From the IMG/VR virus record IMGVR_UViG_3300013845_000001, positions 62,001-126,000 of that record: a stretch of DNA of 64,000 bases. One strand, 5' to 3'. The position numbers and the translations under genes are program-made. Of the stretch, positions 60,595 through 64,000 are shown one piece after another (position 1 is the first letter of the stretch; each line of letters begins with the position of its first letter). Source of the DNA: an uncultured virus (IMG/VR IMGVR_UViG_3300013845_000001) (lineage: Duplodnaviria > Heunggongvirae > Uroviricota > Caudoviricetes). The notes under the pieces are model-generated. The model was not told the origin of the DNA. It did no database searches and worked only from the letters and a program-made list of their open reading frames with translations.

Positions 60595-61215
60595 ATGGCT
60601 TACGAAGAATATCCACGTAGTCAATTTCCTGATGCAATAGATAATTTTGATAATATGCAGGATATTACAGCAGCTTTAGTTGGTGCTATGGTGTCTTATC
60701 AAACGGCTATAACAAATAAGGATTTCACAACCGCTGCGAATGTGATAACTAATAATCCGGATTTATTGAAGGTTTTAATAAATGCAGATAGAATAAATTC
60801 ACTACAAGACGCAATTAAGGCAATTGAGAAATATTATAAAGATGACGTTGGAAACATGGTAACTCATATTGCTCAGAACACAATTGGAATTAACGATATG
60901 GCTACCGGTAATGATAAGAAGACAAATGCTTATTCAGCAGAAAAAACAGAGTATCTTTCAGGTGTGGTTATCGCGTCTAATATTAAAATTCCAATAAGTT
61001 CATGGGGAAGTAATTTGACTTATGTATATAGCAACTCTGCAATACTGGCAAATGATCGGGTAGAAATTGACTTTGTATCATCAAGCATATTAAATGCATC
61101 AAAAGCTTTAATCTATATACAAGATGACACAGGTGCTGGAAACATTACATTTAAAGCAAATAAACTACCCAAATCAGAACTAATGATAAAAGAGATAAGG
61201 GTGGTGAGGAAATAA
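60595..61215 (+). CDS. Baseplate or upper fibre protein
   Basis: SQFPDAID, INADRINSLQDAI; position. Confidence 0.65.
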   Translation: MAYEEYPRSQFPDAIDNFDNMQDITAALVGAMVSYQTAITNKDFTTAANVITNNPDLLKVLINADRINSLQDAIKAIEKYYKDDVGNMVTHIAQNTIGINDMATGNDKKTNAYSAEKTEYLSGVVIASNIKIPISSWGSNLTYVYSNSAILANDRVEIDFVSSSILNASKALIYIQDDTGAGNITFKANKLPKSELMIKEIRVVRK

Positions 61216-62090
61216 TGGCAAAAAGCGGCATTACAAATATTAGTGGCGGAGGAATTGGTTCTGATGAACTAACTGCTACAAAGAAACAGGTGCTAAAGGG
61301 TAAAACATATGTTGGCGCAGATACAAATGATGAAATAGGTGCCGGAGAGTTGGATCTTGGCGTTATATCTGCCGGCTCAGGCGATGTATTGGCTTCAAAG
61401 GTTATAGTTGATAAGGATGGGAATCCAATAACCGGGACATTGGCATTGACAGGAAATGCGTCAGATGGTCAGGTATTGGCCGGGAGTACTTATTACAGCA
61501 CCGATCCCAAGACCAAGCGGACGGGAACCATACCGAATAAAGGAACAGCAATTGCTAGTGTTGGAAGGGGACTTAATACTCAGGGATTATATTACCATAT
61601 TCCAAAAGGATATTATGCAGAAGATCCTAATAACCCCTGGGTTTACAGTACAAGAGCAGAAGTAGCGAGTGCTATTGGATTGACAGCAGAAAAAATGGTG
61701 AAAGGACAGTCATGTTTAGATATGAACGGATCAACCGATTGGGTTTATAAACCTGCAAAAAACGAGGTTATTGTTGATATAACGAAAAGTCCATACGTTG
61801 TCTCAGGATTAACCAATTTGGAAGGAGCACAATGGGATACCGGGTTATTATGGCAAGGGTATATTCACCCAGAGTGGCCGGTAGTATTTCTAAGATTCAA
61901 TTTTGGACTCTATTGCGCTGTTGCCGAGGGTTTATCAGAACCTCTATTTGCCGTGGAGGATGGAAAAGCCTATAGGTTGGTGTATAACAGATCGAATGGA
62001 TATACAAGTATATATCTTATATCAACGAGTTCAGCGTCAAATATATTCAGGGTTAGATGTAGCGGAGGATCATCAGCAAACCCTTATTAA
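61215..62090 (+). CDS. Tail fibre/receptor-binding-like protein
   Basis: Repeated VLKGKTY/VLAGSTYY units; last gene of the tail operon. Confidence 0.65.
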   Translation: MAKSGITNISGGGIGSDELTATKKQVLKGKTYVGADTNDEIGAGELDLGVISAGSGDVLASKVIVDKDGNPITGTLALTGNASDGQVLAGSTYYSTDPKTKRTGTIPNKGTAIASVGRGLNTQGLYYHIPKGYYAEDPNNPWVYSTRAEVASAIGLTAEKMVKGQSCLDMNGSTDWVYKPAKNEVIVDITKSPYVVSGLTNLEGAQWDTGLLWQGYIHPEWPVVFLRFNFGLYCAVAEGLSEPLFAVEDGKAYRLVYNRSNGYTSIYLISTSSASNIFRVRCSGGSSANPY

Positions 62091-62188
62091 GGTTTGGGCA
62101 TTCAGGGTAATACACTGAATCTCTAAAAAAGAATACCTGAATGTCATCGGAAAAGAGTATAAGAAAGAATAATATGCATATATAACAT

Positions 62189-62232
62189 TAAGGGAATAGT
62201 TGAGTATAATACTCTTCTATTCCCTATTTTTT
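62189..62232. terminator. Terminator between convergent units
   Basis: AGGGAATAG..CTATTCCCT stem with T-run. Confidence 0.65.
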
Positions 62233-62251
62233 ACTATATAAAAGCACTCTT

Positions 62252-63187
62252 TCATGCGTCATCTTCTTTAATTCTACATTCTCTTGGTAACTTGTTTTCT
62301 CTCACACTTTTAAACGTTGGTTGACGAATACCCTCTTTTTCAGAAGGCATATATTCAATAGTACATACCATTGGTTCCATCCATGTCGCATCAGCATACC
62401 CTTTTAAGTTTTTTATAGGACAATTAGAAATTCTCATTCCGTGTTGGTTGAGCTTAGCGATACTTACGCCAAGAGAAACGTGGTTAGTGATAATTAATTC
62501 ATCGTCGTCATTGTACTTCGCCAGAATCAGCGTTGTCATACTGTTCTTATTAGGAATATATCCTATGCAGACAAAATCTTCTTCTTTAAGCACTTTGATC
62601 TTCTTCCAATCCCTAGATCGCTTTCCAAACCAATATAGACTTGCCTTCTTTTTTCCAACGACTCCTTCCAAGCCATTTTCCTCTGCAAAATTGTATATCG
62701 CAATTCCATTCTTTTCAACGTATCGAGATTTTGACAATATGTCACTTTCAGATATTACTTCGTCTAATAACTTTTTACGCTCAATTAGTGGTAAATCAGT
62801 TACTTGTTTATCTTTATAGTAAAGTATATCATAAACTACAAAATTTGCTGGGTGTTTTTTATACGCTAGTTCTATCTTAAAGGGATCAGTTAAAACCGTC
62901 CTTCTTTGAACTTCGTAAAAATCCGGCTTCCCATTAACCAATACGTTTAACTCCCCGTCGAGTATGCATTTCTGTTTGCAGCCCTTAAACAATAATTCTA
63001 ATTCCGGAAACCTTGACAACAAGCTCATATTTCGCTTATTTCTCAAATCGGTAGATTTATAATCATTATAAGCAATGCATCTGATCCCATCAAATTTAAG
63101 CTCAAAGATAGAATCCACATCATCATACGGATCAACTCTTTCAGATATAAGCATGGGCTTAATACCCTTTTCATCGAAAATATCCAT
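62252..63187 (-). CDS. ATP-dependent DNA ligase (LigD/LigC ligase-domain type)
   Basis: ELKFDGIR, LDGEL, YDIL, EGVVGK, WKKIK. Confidence 0.92.
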   Translation of the reverse strand: MDIFDEKGIKPMLISERVDPYDDVDSIFELKFDGIRCIAYNDYKSTDLRNKRNMSLLSRFPELELLFKGCKQKCILDGELNVLVNGKPDFYEVQRRTVLTDPFKIELAYKKHPANFVVYDILYYKDKQVTDLPLIERKKLLDEVISESDILSKSRYVEKNGIAIYNFAEENGLEGVVGKKKASLYWFGKRSRDWKKIKVLKEEDFVCIGYIPNKNSMTTLILAKYNDDDELIITNHVSLGVSIAKLNQHGMRISNCPIKNLKGYADATWMEPMVCTIEYMPSEKEGIRQPTFKSVRENKLPRECRIKEDDA

Positions 63188-63266
63188 TATACCCTCTTGT
63201 TTCGCTTTGCCATATTATCAGTGATCTAATTATTGTACTAATAACCGAAAATCCTATACATGCACT

Positions 63267-63578
63267 TTATATTACCATGATCCACTTACACGATTCCATA
63301 TAAAAAACCAGTTTAAATTCATGACGTATGCCGCCAATGATTGCATCACAGTGAAATTCTTTTGATGGAATTCCATTATAATTTTTATCTTCAGTGCATT
63401 TTATAATTATATCAGATATTGTTTGTATCACGCCATCATCGCCTTCAAATTTGAAACTTAGGGGGCGAGGGCTGCAATTAGCGGTAAACCAAGCCTTGCA
63501 AGCAATATTGTACTTCTTACCGTGTAGCTCTCCGCTATCAATCTCTTTTACATTTGTTCCAATCCCAAATGCACTCAT
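63267..63578 (-). CDS. Hypothetical protein of the mutagenesis cassette
   Basis: Lies between the Y-family polymerase and ligase. Confidence 0.7.
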   Translation of the reverse strand: MSAFGIGTNVKEIDSGELHGKKYNIACKAWFTANCSPRPLSFKFEGDDGVIQTISDIIIKCTEDKNYNGIPSKEFHCDAIIGGIRHEFKLVFYMESCKWIMVI

Positions 63579-63591
63579 GTTACCTTACCAC

Positions 63592-64000
63592 CTATAATAT
63601 ATTTTGAGTTTCATAATTCACGGTTCTCTTTTCACGACTGATTCCGCCGCTCATATGGTCAACTTTATCGGCCTTAATAAAACTTGCTCTTACAATGGAA
63701 TCTGTGCCAAACCTTTTCCTTATATCGTCCACCGCTCTATCTAGACGCTCCTGTTTCTCATAATCCATATCATCAAATAGGTTGAGCTGTCTTGTATCTT
63801 CAGTTACTACTTGGCTGGTATGAATACCAAGATGTCGGATTGGAACCTTATCCCACATTTCATCAAACACTTGGCAAGCTGATTCGTAGATTTCTCTTGT
63901 TATGTTGGTGGCAGTTTTCAGTTTCTTTTGGTGGCTGTAATACCCAAGGTTATAATCCCTTATTCCAACAGATATTACTTTGATTTTCACGTTGTTATCT
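63592..64000 (-). CDS. Y-family DNA polymerase (DinB/UvrX-like), C-terminal part, runs off the right edge
   Basis: PIRHLGI little-finger domain, QLNLF clamp motif, LDRAVDDIRKRFG. Confidence 0.85.
   Translation of the reverse strand, partial: DNNVKIKVISVGIRDYNLGYYSHQKKLKTATNITREIYESACQVFDEMWDKVPIRHLGIHTSQVVTEDTRQLNLFDDMDYEKQERLDRAVDDIRKRFGTDSIVRASFIKADKVDHMSGGISREKRTVNYETQNIL

Noticed and set aside
55100..62090. Diversity-generating retroelement acting on tail fibres
   Set aside because: No reverse transcriptase and no template/variable repeat pair seen; variation is explained by inversion.
230..63983. Many short ORF-track entries overlapping larger genes or structured non-coding DNA (e.g. 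230-436, 846-1028, 1556-1984, 14800-15207, 50081-50419, 62448-62819)
   Set aside because: Shadow frames without SD sequences or recognisable motifs.

Overview
The whole window looks like one large, AT-rich SPbeta-like (pro)phage of a Clostridia host. A Lachnospiraceae-type host is inferred from the Trp/Tyr cell-wall-binding repeats. No attachment site or host gene is visible. From left to right: small leftward genes and a divergent operator/promoter switch; a repeat-rich non-coding block; ParB-like and replication-type genes; a YonO-like single-subunit RNA polymerase; an accessory block (HU proteins, tRNA-Asn, beta-CASP nuclease, ClpP, phosphoesterase, antirepressors, tyrosine recombinase, intein-containing amidase, several large structured non-coding regions); the head, neck and tail operon with holin and a TnpB; tail-tip and fibre genes; and a leftward Y-family polymerase/ligase cassette. 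The top finding is that the tape-measure gene is split by a predicted 3,498-nt group I intron (46596-50093). Its guide sequence forms P1 with a U.G wobble and pairs over 19 of 21 nt with a 3' exon 3.5 kb away, and splicing would give an in-frame protein of about 2,166 aa. The intron has a non-canonical P7, encodes no homing endonuclease, and instead carries five cargo genes and terminators, so it needs either read-through or trans-splicing. Other highlights are a 346-nt RNA closed by a 15-bp stem with a 7-nt periodic tract next to a coiled-coil gene, a ROOL/GOLLD-like giant RNA candidate, a LAGLIDADG intein at the catalytic Cys of the endolysin, and an invertible cassette that would swap the C-terminus of a tail-tip protein. 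All family assignments come from motif recognition and synteny; no searches were run.
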